Assembly: GCA_963735445.1 (NCBI GenBank)
Contig: CAVTLC010000048.1
Span: 5,721 to 69,720, forward strand
DNA: 64,000 nt
Source of the DNA: an uncultured Alphaproteobacteria bacterium
Lineage (GTDB): Bacteria > Pseudomonadota > Alphaproteobacteria > ATCC43930 > CGMCC-115725
Reading direction: 5' to 3'
Shown: in pieces, positions 9,154 to 18,956 of the stretch
Layout of the letters: each line of letters starts with the position of its first letter
Numbering within the stretch: the stretch's first letter is position 1
The notes under the pieces: generated by a model
Told to the model about the DNA's origin: nothing
Seen by the model: only the letters and a program-made list of their open reading frames with translations
Database searches by the model: none
Program-made: the position numbers and the translations under genes

Positions 9154-10459
9154 AGACCGCGATGGCCTCTTCCCGTCGCGCGGCCGCCAAGAGCGCGCAG
9201 CCGTGTTCCATAGCGGCGCGCCATACCAGCGAGGCAGCCTCTTGGCTGTGCTCCGGGGCGATGGCTACCGCGTGCTTCAGCACCTCTAAGGACGAAGCGA
9301 AAAGATCAACGGGATCGCGTGACCCGTCACCGTTGGCGCGCTCAGCCATGGCCCAGTAAAACAAAAATGGCCCGAGGCAAAAGGGTGCTGTGTCGCAATA
9401 CTCCGAGAGGTCGCGTGCAGCCAATACGCGCTCGGCGACGGCAGCGGTGTCGAGCGGGTCGTAGCCGTAGGCCTGTTGGACGAGCGTCGCGAACGCCTCC
9501 GCGTGCGGCAATGCCTGCTGCGTTTGGCCGGCATTGACCAGCTCCTTGGCCGCCCGGAACCGGAAACCCAGCGCAAGGTCGATCGGCTGATCCCGCAGTT
9601 CGGCACGCTGCAAGACATAATCACGATATCGCCTGCTCGGCACCTCCCTGGCGGGCCAGACGCGCAGCACCGCTTCGGTGGCAAACGCAACCAGACGCTC
9701 ATTTTCCGCCTCCACCGATACATCGGTAAACCCGGCCGCGCGGAGCAAAGTGTCCAGGGCAGCTGCGGAAAAGATGAGCTTGTGACCCCCCGGCGAAAGG
9801 GCCGCGAGCAACAATGTCGGATCGCTCTCGGGGCGCACGAATTCCGCCCGCGGGGTTGTCAGGACGAGCGTCCCTCCGGGCGTTAGATGAGCGCGCAGTT
9901 CAGCGATGAAAGCGGCCGGATCAGGCACATGCTCAACGACTTCGGAGGACAGTACGATGTCAAAGCGCTTGTCGCCCAGTTCGGCGACATCGGTCAGCAA
10001 CGCCGTGTAAATCGGCGCTGCGAGTAGATCACGTCCCAAGCGGCCATACAGGGAGGGCTCGACCCCGGCGACGGCGGCCCCGGTCATTCTCCGCCAATAA
10101 TCGAGCGTAAACCCGAAACCACAGCGGACATCGAGGAGACTGGGGGTGACGCCATCGGTTCGAACCCGTTCGATCGGCAGCACCATCGAGTCGATGCTGG
10201 CGCCGACGTGCAGGTAGTGGCGCCAGTGGTAAGGGTCGAGTTCGTCCTGGTCGGCATATTCGTTAAAGTGTTCGGTCATCACGTTCAGACTACCGCAGGC
10301 ATTGCAGCGGGAATAGCTGACAAGCTCACCGAGGTCGTAAGGGTTCGGAGCGGTGAGCACGCGTTCTTGGTGGCCGACGACACCGCATGCCCGACAATAC
10401 GCCTCGCTCACAATTTCCTTATTGCGGTACCAGGTCACCAGCGATCGGAATGTGTCCAC
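9068..10459 (-). CDS. class I SAM-dependent methyltransferase with N-terminal zinc ribbon and C-terminal helical domain (paralog of 7048..9153)
   Basis: Zinc ribbon CRACG...CNACGS. SAM motif I LDVRCGFGFT, then IVLSSEVVEHVPDP and GGTLVLTTP. Domain order matches the downstream paralog, but the coiled-coil tail is missing. Confidence 0.8.
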   Translation of the reverse strand: MDTFRSLVTWYRNKEIVSEAYCRACGVVGHQERVLTAPNPYDLGELVSYSRCNACGSLNVMTEHFNEYADQDELDPYHWRHYLHVGASIDSMVLPIERVRTDGVTPSLLDVRCGFGFTLDYWRRMTGAAVAGVEPSLYGRLGRDLLAAPIYTALLTDVAELGDKRFDIVLSSEVVEHVPDPAAFIAELRAHLTPGGTLVLTTPRAEFVRPESDPTLLLAALSPGGHKLIFSAAALDTLLRAAGFTDVSVEAENERLVAFATEAVLRVWPAREVPSRRYRDYVLQRAELRDQPIDLALGFRFRAAKELVNAGQTQQALPHAEAFATLVQQAYGYDPLDTAAVAERVLAARDLSEYCDTAPFCLGPFLFYWAMAERANGDGSRDPVDLFASSLEVLKHAVAIAPEHSQEAASLVWRAAMEHGCALLAAARREEAIAVFDTISARPREIGGDLGVRASFDRGARRV

Positions 10460-10606
10460 TTTGCCTGCCTTCTCGACCGGGGCTACGCTTTGGCTAATGA
10501 ATTAACAGGGATAGTCCGGCTTGGTAGAAGCAGAGAGCCAAGGCCGAAGCGCTGCGCCGGGAAGCAGCATGCTTGCGCGTGTGCAACTCTGGACTAGCCG
10601 TTGCAT

Positions 10607-10760
10607 TCATTCCGGAAAGTGTACGCGCCCCGGCAGATAAGAGCCGAGGCGCGGCGCCAACTCGACGAGATCACACCGCACGTGAAGGCGCGCCGGGGGC
10701 GCCTTGGTCCCGCCGGTCAAGGCCGCCACACGCAGCGCCGGCGCGTCGGCCGCACCCTCT
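10607..10760 (-). pseudogene. relic 5' end of a second GT4 gene, paralogous to 3789..4934
   Basis: Translation ALRVAALTGGTKAPPARLHVRCDLVELAPRLGSYLPGRV aligns with the GT4 N-terminus GLRLAAFTGGAKAPSARFRVRQ[YIPLLAQRGI]DVVELSPSLGSYPPEK. The DNA is clearly similar to 4750-4900 apart from an internal deletion of about 30 nt. The relic stops after about 45 codons. Confidence 0.6.
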
Positions 10761-10866
10761 CCGCCTGCCCGTCGCCGGGTATCGCCCAGGACGAATCCGC
10801 GCACCAAATTCAAGCCTTCGTTCGCCGCCTCGTTTCGGTCAGCCAACCGCGCTTGGCAAAGCTTAA

Positions 10867-12024
10867 TTATATCACGCCGATTCTGGCAAGCATCGCCGTG
10901 GGCGAACGCAGGTCGCGCAGCGACCCGCGCGCCCGAAAATATCCGAGGATCTCGCGTTCGTACGCCGCGTCCTCGCCGACCCATTCGCCGACAACCTCGT
11001 CGATCTGCGTGACAAGATATTGGCCGCGATAAACCAAGTCCTTCTTCAAGAACGGAAAACCGGTCTCTCGCAGCAGAATCAGGTTGGCGGCGTTCATCGT
11101 GTTCGATCTGCCGAGGCTTTCAGTAACGTAATGCCGCAGAAAACTGCGCATCGGCGCATTCTCGCCGGCTTCTGCAAACGTAATCTGCTGAATCTTGTCG
11201 CGCAAGGTTTCGTATTCGAGCGGACCCAACGCGCCCAGCAACCGGTCGACGGTCTCGCTCAGCGACCCGTGGAGCATGATGTCGATGACGCCGCCCTGGG
11301 TGTACAAAAGGCGCGGCGTGATGCCCATTCCGATACAATAGCGAGAGAGCCCGATTTCTCCGTGCTTGATGCAATGCAGGCGATAGGAGAGCGGCCGATA
11401 ATTTTGCCAGTATTCCTGGAAGGCGGGGTCGGCAAAGAGCCGGCCGGAGACCGCGAAAAACCAGCTCTGCAGATGGTAAACCGGGGAAAAGGTCTCGGTG
11501 ACGCCGATAAAGTCGTCATCGAGCTGCCTGAGGCGTTCGAGCGATTGCCGCAGCGCCGATGGCCGGACAAAAATGCTGTCGTTACAATATATGACTTGTC
11601 CGATGTCGTGGTCTTCACCATCCATTTTAGAGAGCGTTTGGGTCCCCCATTTGTAGCCGCCGAAATCACGCCCGCCGCGCGGCCGCTCGATCACGCTGTG
11701 ACAGTAAGGCAAAAAATTGCTGGAGATTTCGGGTGATAAATCACCGTTGTTGACCAGGATCACATTATAGCCGGCTTCTTTCAGACACGACAGGAATGCG
11801 AGCAAGTTCTGAGAGACGCGCCTTCCCTGGGCAATCGCAAAGATGCACCACAGCCCGGTCGGCTGGGTCGCAGCGAGATGAACCCGAGAGCTAGCCGCCG
11901 ATTTCCACCGCGGCCTTTCAATCAGAAGGAAGACAAGCAGATAATATATCAGAAGGATGCCCCTCAACGGCAATTCGACACCAAGCCTCAGACAGAAGTA
12001 GACAACGCGTAGGAACGCCGTCAT
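10867..12024 (-). CDS. rhamnan-synthesis-F (RgpF) family glycosyltransferase-like protein
   Basis: 385-aa ORF with an N-terminal TM region. Motifs RGGRDFGGYKWG, IYCNDSIFVRPS, FIGVTETFSPVYHLQSWFFAVS and HGEIGLSRY match my recollection of RgpF-family conserved blocks. Confidence 0.7.
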   Translation of the reverse strand: MTAFLRVVYFCLRLGVELPLRGILLIYYLLVFLLIERPRWKSAASSRVHLAATQPTGLWCIFAIAQGRRVSQNLLAFLSCLKEAGYNVILVNNGDLSPEISSNFLPYCHSVIERPRGGRDFGGYKWGTQTLSKMDGEDHDIGQVIYCNDSIFVRPSALRQSLERLRQLDDDFIGVTETFSPVYHLQSWFFAVSGRLFADPAFQEYWQNYRPLSYRLHCIKHGEIGLSRYCIGMGITPRLLYTQGGVIDIMLHGSLSETVDRLLGALGPLEYETLRDKIQQITFAEAGENAPMRSFLRHYVTESLGRSNTMNAANLILLRETGFPFLKKDLVYRGQYLVTQIDEVVGEWVGEDAAYEREILGYFRARGSLRDLRSPTAMLARIGVI

Positions 12025-12065
12025 GCACGAAGCCGTCGCAAGGCTGCTAGTTCTGACCCTGGACG

Positions 12066-12467
12066 TTATGGCCGTACGATGGTCGTGTGAATGTTCCCAC
12101 TTGATAACTCCGGATCACGCCCAGCGTGGTTGCCAACAAGCCGCGGTAATCGAGCTGCAAGCTGGCTGACCTCAAGCCACCCCGCGAACCCCGTCTCCCA
12201 GCCCTCGTCGTTGGTGCGCGCCGTCAACTCCGAGACATTGTCGACCGGCGAGTAGGCCTCGATCCCGCAGAGCTTGCGGAAGTCATTGACGGCATGGCTG
12301 CAATTCCGGGCGCTCCTGCCGACCCCCAATAGAAACAACCGCCCGCGGCGTGCCCGTAATCCGGCTAGTTCCGTCGCGAGCTTTTCGATCGCAACAACAT
12401 CGATCTCGGTCGCTATCCGCTCGACAGAGGCAAAGAGTTGCTTCGCATGTCCGTTCATCGTGATCAC
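12066..12467 (-). pseudogene. truncated SIS-domain sugar isomerase (GmhA-like) gene fragment
   Basis: LFLLGVGRSARNCSHAVNDFRKLCGIEAYSPVDNVSELTARTNDEGWETGFAGWLEVSQL matches the N-terminal half of SIS proteins. The conserved GGSA is changed to GRSA, the second half (VFSVGGG...) is absent in all frames, and the tail is unrelated sequence. Confidence 0.6.
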
Positions 12468-12993
12468 TATCGTTGCGGAACCGCTAGGCAGCGATACCGC
12501 ATGTTTGATGGTGATGCAATCGCGGCCCCCGCTTTCCCCGCCGGCATCTTGGGCGAATCGCGCCGCGACGGCGGCGTACTTGACGCGACCCTAGCTCTTC
12601 GGGGATGGAGGGCCGGTTTGATTTGCACCCGGTAAACCGACCGCATCGGGTCGCGGCAATACGGAACATCGATGCCGGTTATCGGATTTCCGGGTTGACA
12701 CATCTCGGCCTCATATCGCCGCTCGCGGTTTCAAGGTCATCGGCTATGATTCGGATCGTGGGCTGAGCAACGTCGAGAAGCGCAGGTTCTGCCTGTGCGC
12801 TGCACAAGCATGACGATCGCGATAGATCTGCCGTGAGGTATCGTAGCCTGCGCGGTTGCTTCCCAAAATCGCAGGAGTGAGCCGACAAGGCGCGGTGGAC
12901 GCACCATAGCGGCTATGTTATAGCGCCGAGGCGCCGCGGTTCGACGGCCGTAACAAGACCGAGACGCACCATGATGATCAGGGCAGTAGCCGA
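12468..12993. promoter_or_regulatory. divergent intergenic region separating the leftward glycan genes from wzm-wzt
   Basis: About 525 bp with no convincing ORF between divergently oriented gene blocks. Promoters are inferred from position only; I identified no motif. Confidence 0.3.
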
Positions 12994-13848
12994 GTGACAC
13001 AACTGGAAGCTGTTTCTGAGCCTGCACCCGAGACAATTATTGATTTCCCGGCACCGCCAACCCGCGTCGGTTCCGCTGTGGCAGACCTCCGCGATGGTTT
13101 TGAGCAGAATTGGCTGTGGATTCGGCTGGCGCACCAGGATATGCGGCTGCGCTATCGTGGTTCGATGCTCGGACCGTTTTGGCAGACGATCACGACCGTT
13201 GTTTTGATCGGCTCGATGGGTTTCATCTACGCCAAGCTGTTCCATGTCGAACTCAAAGACTACATGCCGCTGCTGACTGTCGGGCTGATACTGTGGAATT
13301 TCGTTGCCGGAATGATCACCGAAGGCTGCGGCACTTTCGACGCAGTGCGCGGGCTAATCCAGCAGGTCAAGCTGCCGTATTCGCTGCACGCCTTTCGCCT
13401 CGTCTATCGCAATTTCCTAATCCTGGCTCACAGCTTTGTCATCATCCCGATCGTACTGATCATCTTCCCGCACCCGATCCAATGGCTTCGGCTGGTTGAG
13501 ATCGTCCCCGGTATGGTGTTGGCAATGATCAATGGGGTTGCCATCAGCCTACTGTTGGGCTCGATTTGCGCGCGCTTCCGCGACGTCCCGCCGATCGTCG
13601 CCAGTATCGTTCAGGTCGTGTTCTTTGTGACGCCGATCGTCTGGCCGCCTAGCGCGCTGGGCTCCAACCAGTGGTGGGCGGTGCTGAACCCGCTTTATAC
13701 AGTGATCGACGTGATGCGCTCGCCGATGCTCGGGATGCCGACAGCGCCGCATTCCTGGGCAATCCTGATAATCGTCACACTGGTCAATTGTGCGGTCAGT
13801 TTCATGTTCTTCAGTCGCTTCCGCTCGCGCATCGCCTTTTGGGTTTGA
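12994..13848 (+). CDS. wzm: ABC-2 type polysaccharide export permease (Wzm/TagG/KpsM family)
   Basis: 284-aa ORF with a GTG start. Family N-terminal signature LAHQDMRLRYRGSMLGPFWQTI and about 6 TM segments. Lies directly upstream of the ATPase gene. Confidence 0.85.
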   Translation: MTQLEAVSEPAPETIIDFPAPPTRVGSAVADLRDGFEQNWLWIRLAHQDMRLRYRGSMLGPFWQTITTVVLIGSMGFIYAKLFHVELKDYMPLLTVGLILWNFVAGMITEGCGTFDAVRGLIQQVKLPYSLHAFRLVYRNFLILAHSFVIIPIVLIIFPHPIQWLRLVEIVPGMVLAMINGVAISLLLGSICARFRDVPPIVASIVQVVFFVTPIVWPPSALGSNQWWAVLNPLYTVIDVMRSPMLGMPTAPHSWAILIIVTLVNCAVSFMFFSRFRSRIAFWV

Positions 13849-13869
13849 TCACAGTTTGGGTTTAACGTC

Positions 13870-14655
13870 GTGTCGTTTGTGCGTCTAGAAGACGTATCGG
13901 TGGAGTTTCCGATATATCAGGGCAGCAGCCGCTCGCTGAAAAAAGTGCTGCTTGCCTCATCCACTCGCGGGAATTTGGCGCGCGATGCCCGAGACCGCGT
14001 AAACGTCCGCGCCCTGAGCGGGATCAACTTTGAACTGCGCAGTGGTGATCGGTTTGGCCTCGTCGGTGCAAACGGCGCCGGGAAGACGACATTACTCAAA
14101 GTGCTCGCCGGCGTATTCGAGCCCACCGGCGGTAGGATAATTTCGTTCGGCCAAGTCACATCTCTGCTCGATACCAGCGTCGGGTTGAACATCGATGCGA
14201 CCGGGCACGAGAATATCATTCTGCGTGGCATGTACATGGGGATACACCCGCGCGAAATGGCGGAGCGCGCGGCATCGATCGCCGAGTTTACCGAGCTTGG
14301 CGACTACCTTGACATGCCGGTGCGAACATATTCCGCGGGTATGATGATTCGCTTGGCCTTTGCTATTTCAACGTGCGTTGCCCCCGATATCCTGATCATG
14401 GACGAGTGGCTCACCGCCGGCGATGCTCGGTTCCTCGCTAAGGCGCAGCGCCGCATCGAAGAGTTCGTTCGCTATTCGAGCATCCTGGTGCTCGCCTCCC
14501 ATTCGATGCAGCTGGTGGAACAATGGTGCAGTCGCGGGGTGTTGCTGCATCACGGCCGAATATTGACGATTGGCCCGATCAAGGAGATTGTCGCTGCCTA
14601 TCAAGAGTTGACCCAGGAGCTCACCGCTATGGAGGCTGTGGCGGCGGCCGAGTGA
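13870..14655 (+). CDS. wzt: polysaccharide export ABC transporter ATP-binding protein (Wzt/TagH/KpsT family), NBD only
   Basis: 261 aa. Walker A GANGAGKTTLLKVLAG, signature YSAGMMIRLAF, Walker B ILIMDEW. No C-terminal carbohydrate-binding extension. Confidence 0.9.
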   Translation: MSFVRLEDVSVEFPIYQGSSRSLKKVLLASSTRGNLARDARDRVNVRALSGINFELRSGDRFGLVGANGAGKTTLLKVLAGVFEPTGGRIISFGQVTSLLDTSVGLNIDATGHENIILRGMYMGIHPREMAERAASIAEFTELGDYLDMPVRTYSAGMMIRLAFAISTCVAPDILIMDEWLTAGDARFLAKAQRRIEEFVRYSSILVLASHSMQLVEQWCSRGVLLHHGRILTIGPIKEIVAAYQELTQELTAMEAVAAAE

Positions 14656-15173
14656 CCGGTTGGGCGCAACGAAACCATCGCGTGCCGACGCGCTTCAAGA
14701 ATTGGTGACCTCTGATACTCAGCAGCGGCAGAACCGGCATCGGCTGAAACCAGCTCTCGCGTAACCAGACACCAATGATCAGTCAGCCAGTTAACTGCAG
14801 TTGCGCAAAGCGACGAATCACCGGCAATTTTGTCGGCTGGATCTGCAACATGACTGTGGCGCGGCCGATCCCCCGCGTGGGATTCTGAAAATTTTTGACA
14901 CGCGGCGGACGGCGACCCCGGACCCGGGATATTCGCGATCGATCAAGGCCGACCACAGCCAGGCACCTGTACCTTTTAGGCTGCCGATCGCTGCCGAGCG
15001 GCGATGCGGCTCAAGCCGGATTGCACATATTGACATGGCCACAACCGCACCGGATGTTATCCGAGCTCCGCGGCCGCTGATGTGCCTGTGGAGTAAGGGG
15101 GTCGATTATCGCCGCCGCGTTCCCGAGGCGGTCGCTATCAACCCAATCAGGTGAGACTTGCGAAGGCACCGGC

Positions 15174-15832
15174 TTGGCTGAAATCAACCTGCTGCGCCGA
15201 TATCCGCGCGCAAAGCGCAACATCGGAATGCGAACAGTCGCACAAAGCGCTGAGAACATCCGTATCGCTCGTGAGTATGGACGCGAATATTTCGACGGGT
15301 CGCGCGACACCGGATACGGCGGTTACCGTTATGATGGGCGATGGATCCCGATTGCCGAGGATATAATCGAGCACTTCCGGCTCAAACCGGGCGATCGGGT
15401 GCTCGAGTCGGCTGCGGCAAAGGTTTTCTCGTCAAAGACCTGCTTAAGGTGAGCCAAGGAATTGAGGCTTTCGGGCTCGATATTTCCGAATACGCGTTGA
15501 TGCATTGCGAACCTGAGGTCATCGGCCGGCTGCACCTTGGCGACTGTGTCAAGCTGCCGTTTCCAGACAACAGCTTTGCCGCGACCATCGCGATCAACGT
15601 CGTCCACAATCTTGAACGCGCCGATTGCATTGCGGCTGTCAAGGAGATCGAACGGCTGTCGCCTGGAAGGGCCTACATTCAAGTCGATTCCTATCGCACG
15701 CCGGAGGAAAGGCAGCTTTTTCTCAGTTGGGTTCTAACCGCAAAGACGCATCACGATCCCGTAGGCTGGCGCCAACTGTACGAGGAAGCGGGTTACACGG
15801 GCGATTACTATTGGACAATTATCGAGGCATGA
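15174..15832 (+). pseudogene. class I SAM-dependent methyltransferase with one frameshift (possibly a sequencing artefact)
   Basis: ORFs 15174..15452 and 15341..15832 join as ...KPGDRVLE|VGCGKGFLVKDL... The DNA reads ctcgag-tcggctgc where gag gtc ggc tgc is expected, so one G is missing near 15406. Confidence 0.8.
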
Positions 15833-15845
15833 GAGGCTCGGAGCG

Positions 15846-16667
15846 ATGACGCCAACCGGCAACCGGTTCGATACGATACAGGCGCGCGAGCGATGCCGGC
15901 GCTATCGTCGCCGCATCCTCGACATCTCGCAGCAGGTGCAGGCGCTCCATATCGGATCGGCTTATTCCTGCACCGAGATCGTAGACTCCTTTTATCATGG
16001 GCTGATGCGACGTAATCCGGACGGCTCCTCGCCCGACACTTTTTGATGTCGAAAGGGCATGGCTGCATGATCCAGTACGTCATCCTCGAGGAGGACGGGA
16101 TCCTGAGCCGCGCAGATCTCGATGGCTACTGCAAACCGGAAGGACATCTCGGCGTCCACCCCACTATGGCATTCCCGGCATCGCGGCAGCCACCGGATCG
16201 CTCGGCCATGGGCTCTCGATGGCGTGCGGCATGGCACTCGCAGAGCGCGGCCGCAGGACCGGCGGCACAATCTATGCCGTGCTCAGCGATGGCGAAGTAC
16301 AAGAAGGCTCAACCTGGGAAGCCGTACTGATGGCGTCGTCGCTGCGTCTCGACAATCTCGTCGCCGCAATCGACAACAACGATCTGCAGAGCCTCGGTCG
16401 GACGTCGGTAACTCATCCGAGCCTCTATCCGTTGCTCGATAAATTTGCGGCGTTTGGCTGGGAAACAGCAGAGGTCGCGGCCACGACTCGGACGCAATCT
16501 TTTCCGCTGTCGCGAACCGGCGCGGCGGCCGCCCCTTCATGTTGGTTGCAAAGACCACCAAGGGCAAGGGCGTCAGCTATATGGAAAACGTGTCGATCTG
16601 GCATTACCGCTCGCCAACTCCGGACGAATACCGCCGTGCGATTGACGAGTTGGAGACGGCGCGATGA
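15846..16667 (+). pseudogene. transketolase N-terminal (TPP-binding) subunit with three frameshifts
   Basis: The pieces read HIGSAYSCTEIV..., LMSKGHGCMIQYV..., HYGIPGIAAATGSLGHGLSMACGMA...LSDGEVQEGSTWEA... and GHDSDAIFSAV...LVAKTTKGKGVSYMEN. Frame switches lie at a T5 run (about 16040), a C4 run (about 16160) and about 16475. The stop overlaps the next start (ATGA at 16664). Confidence 0.8.
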
Positions 16668-17581
16668 GAAACATGTTCGCCGAAGCGCTGTATCGCGAAG
16701 CGACCCGAAACCCGGACATCTATGTGGTCGTCGCCGACATCTCGCCGGTCGGCAATATGGCGAAGTTTAGTTCGGAGTACCCCGAGCGCTTTATCAATGT
16801 GGGAGTTGCCGAACAGAGCATGATTGGTATCTGCGCCGGGCTCGCCCTCAAAGGCTGCCAGCCCTTCGCCTACACGATTGCCACCTTCTCGCTCTATCGA
16901 CCGTTCGAGATGGTGCGCGACGATCTGTGTTACCAGAACCTGCCGGTGACGGTTGTCGGCATGGGCGCCGGGGTGATTTATTCGGACCATGGCGGGACCC
17001 ATCATGCGATGGAGGACGTCGCAATCGCCGGCGCTATCCCGAATATGCAGATTATTGCGCCATGCGATCCAGCGGAGGTCGCCGAGGCTACGCGATGGTG
17101 CGCCCGTCAAAAAAACGGGCCGGTCTATCTCCGCCTTGGCAAGTCGAACGAACCCGACCTGACCAAGAATGCCGAACCGTGGGTGTTTGGCAAATTGCGC
17201 CGCTTGCGGAGCCGGTAGAGATGTCGCAATCATGTCCTATGGCGTCTTGACCAGCATCGCAACCGATCTTGCCGATCGCTTTGCAGCGGCGGGAAAATCG
17301 GCATCGGTATTCTCCTGCCACACCGTGAAGCCGCTCGACCGTGACGGGATTATCGCCGCAATGAAAGATCATGACCACGTCGTCGTGATCGAGGAGCATG
17401 TGCCGCAGGGCGGTCTCGCGGCGCAGACGAAGCAGTTGGCCTGGGACATCGGGGCACATTGCCGGCTCGACACCTTCACGCTGCAGGACCGCTTTACCAT
17501 AATTTCGGCCGTCATCCCGACATGCTGGCGGCGCACGGGCTCAGCCTCTCGGAGATTGTGAAGCGGGTCGGGCTGGACTAG
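16664..17581 (+). pseudogene. transketolase C-terminal (pyrimidine-binding) subunit with two frameshifts
   Basis: FINVGVAEQSMIGICAGLALKG...YSDHGGTHHAMEDVAI..., then AGRDVAIMSYGVLT..., then HNFGRHPDMLAAHGLSLSEIVKRVGLD*. Frame switches near 17205 and 17500. Confidence 0.8.
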
Positions 17582-17586
17582 CGGCG

Positions 17587-18956
17587 ATGGGAGAGGGGCA
17601 CAACGATAGGCTTGCGATCCACGGCGGCGAGCCCGTTCGCCGAAAGCGGATGCCGCCGCGTTTGGCGCTCGGCGACGACGAAGTGGGCATGATCCAGCGG
17701 GTTATCGCATACTACCGCGATAACGAGATCGACCCGGGTTACCAGGGGCCGTTCGAAAGCTCTACACTGACGGTTTTGTCGGAATGATGGGAGGCGGCTA
17801 TGCCGATGCCGTCGCCACCGGAACCGCTTCGCTGTTTGTAGCCTTGGCCGCGCTCGATCTTCCCAAAGGCAGCCAAGTGCTGATCTCGCCGATTACCGAT
17901 CCGGGTTCGCTGAGCGCCATCATCCCAAACGGGTTAACGCCAAAGCTGTGCGACAGCAAGCCCGGTAGCTACAACATCGGAGTCGAGCAGGTAGTGGCGC
18001 GGCTGACACCCGAGGTGTCGGCGATTTGTCTGGTGCATGCCGCCGGGCAGGCGGCCGAGGCTGACAAGATTGTGGAGGCGGCCCATGCCCGCGGGGTGCG
18101 GGTGCTCGACGACCCGAGTCAGGCGCACGGCGCCAAGATAATGGGCCGCCCGGTCGGCACCTTCGGCGACATTGCCGCGTTCTCGACGATGTATCGCAAG
18201 GCGCACATGATCGGCCCATCAGGGGGTGTGGTCTATTGCCGCGATCTCGACCTTTTTCGCCGGGTGCTTGCCCATGCCGACCGGGGCAAGCCGCGCTGGC
18301 GTGATGATTTCAGTGATCGCGACCCATCGACCTATCTGTTCCCGGCACTTAATCACCATACCGACGAGATTTCGTGCGCGATCGGGGTCGCCTCGTTGGG
18401 GCGTCTCGAAAATACGATTACCCGGCGGCTCTCTTACGTGTCGGATGTTGTAGCCGGTCTCGCCGAAAGTGCTCGGATCTGCCGACCCTATCCGATGAGC
18501 CCAAACAATTCTCCATTCTTCTTTCCAATCATCGTCGACCTTGACCGCATCAGCTGCAGCAAGATCGAGTTCACCGAAGCGGTTCTGAAGGAGGGAATCG
18601 ATCTTAACCCGCACTACCGCTTTGTCGTGGACGAGTGGCCCTGGGTGCAGCCCTATCTTGCCGATGAATTTAAGACCGACAATGCCCGCAATATTCGCGA
18701 TCGTTCCTTTTGCCTTTATCTGAATGAGAACTACGGCGAGGCTGAAGCCAACGACACCGTCGAAGCGATTCTTAAGGTCGAGCGCCATTTCGGTCTTGAT
18801 TGGCGGGTTAATTCGGTCCTCTCGCTCTCGAGGATTCAGTCAACGTTAAGCTCCCGAGCCTGGGCGGGGAGCCTGGACGTCGAGGGTATGCCCTCGCGTC
18901 TGGCGCTCGGAATGTCGAAGCGCGCATGGCGCAGCCACGGTGGTTTACCGCGATAG
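17587..18956 (+). pseudogene. DegT/DnrJ/EryC1/StrS-family sugar aminotransferase with one frameshift; the 3' end runs into a relic
   Basis: IHGGEPVRRKRMPPRLALGDDEV...DPGYQGPFE then (K)LYTDGFVGMMGGGYADAVATGTASL... The shift lies at the run ttcgaaagctc (AAA where AAAA is expected, about 17757). The last ~30 codons belong to the duplicated 5' relic. Confidence 0.8.
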
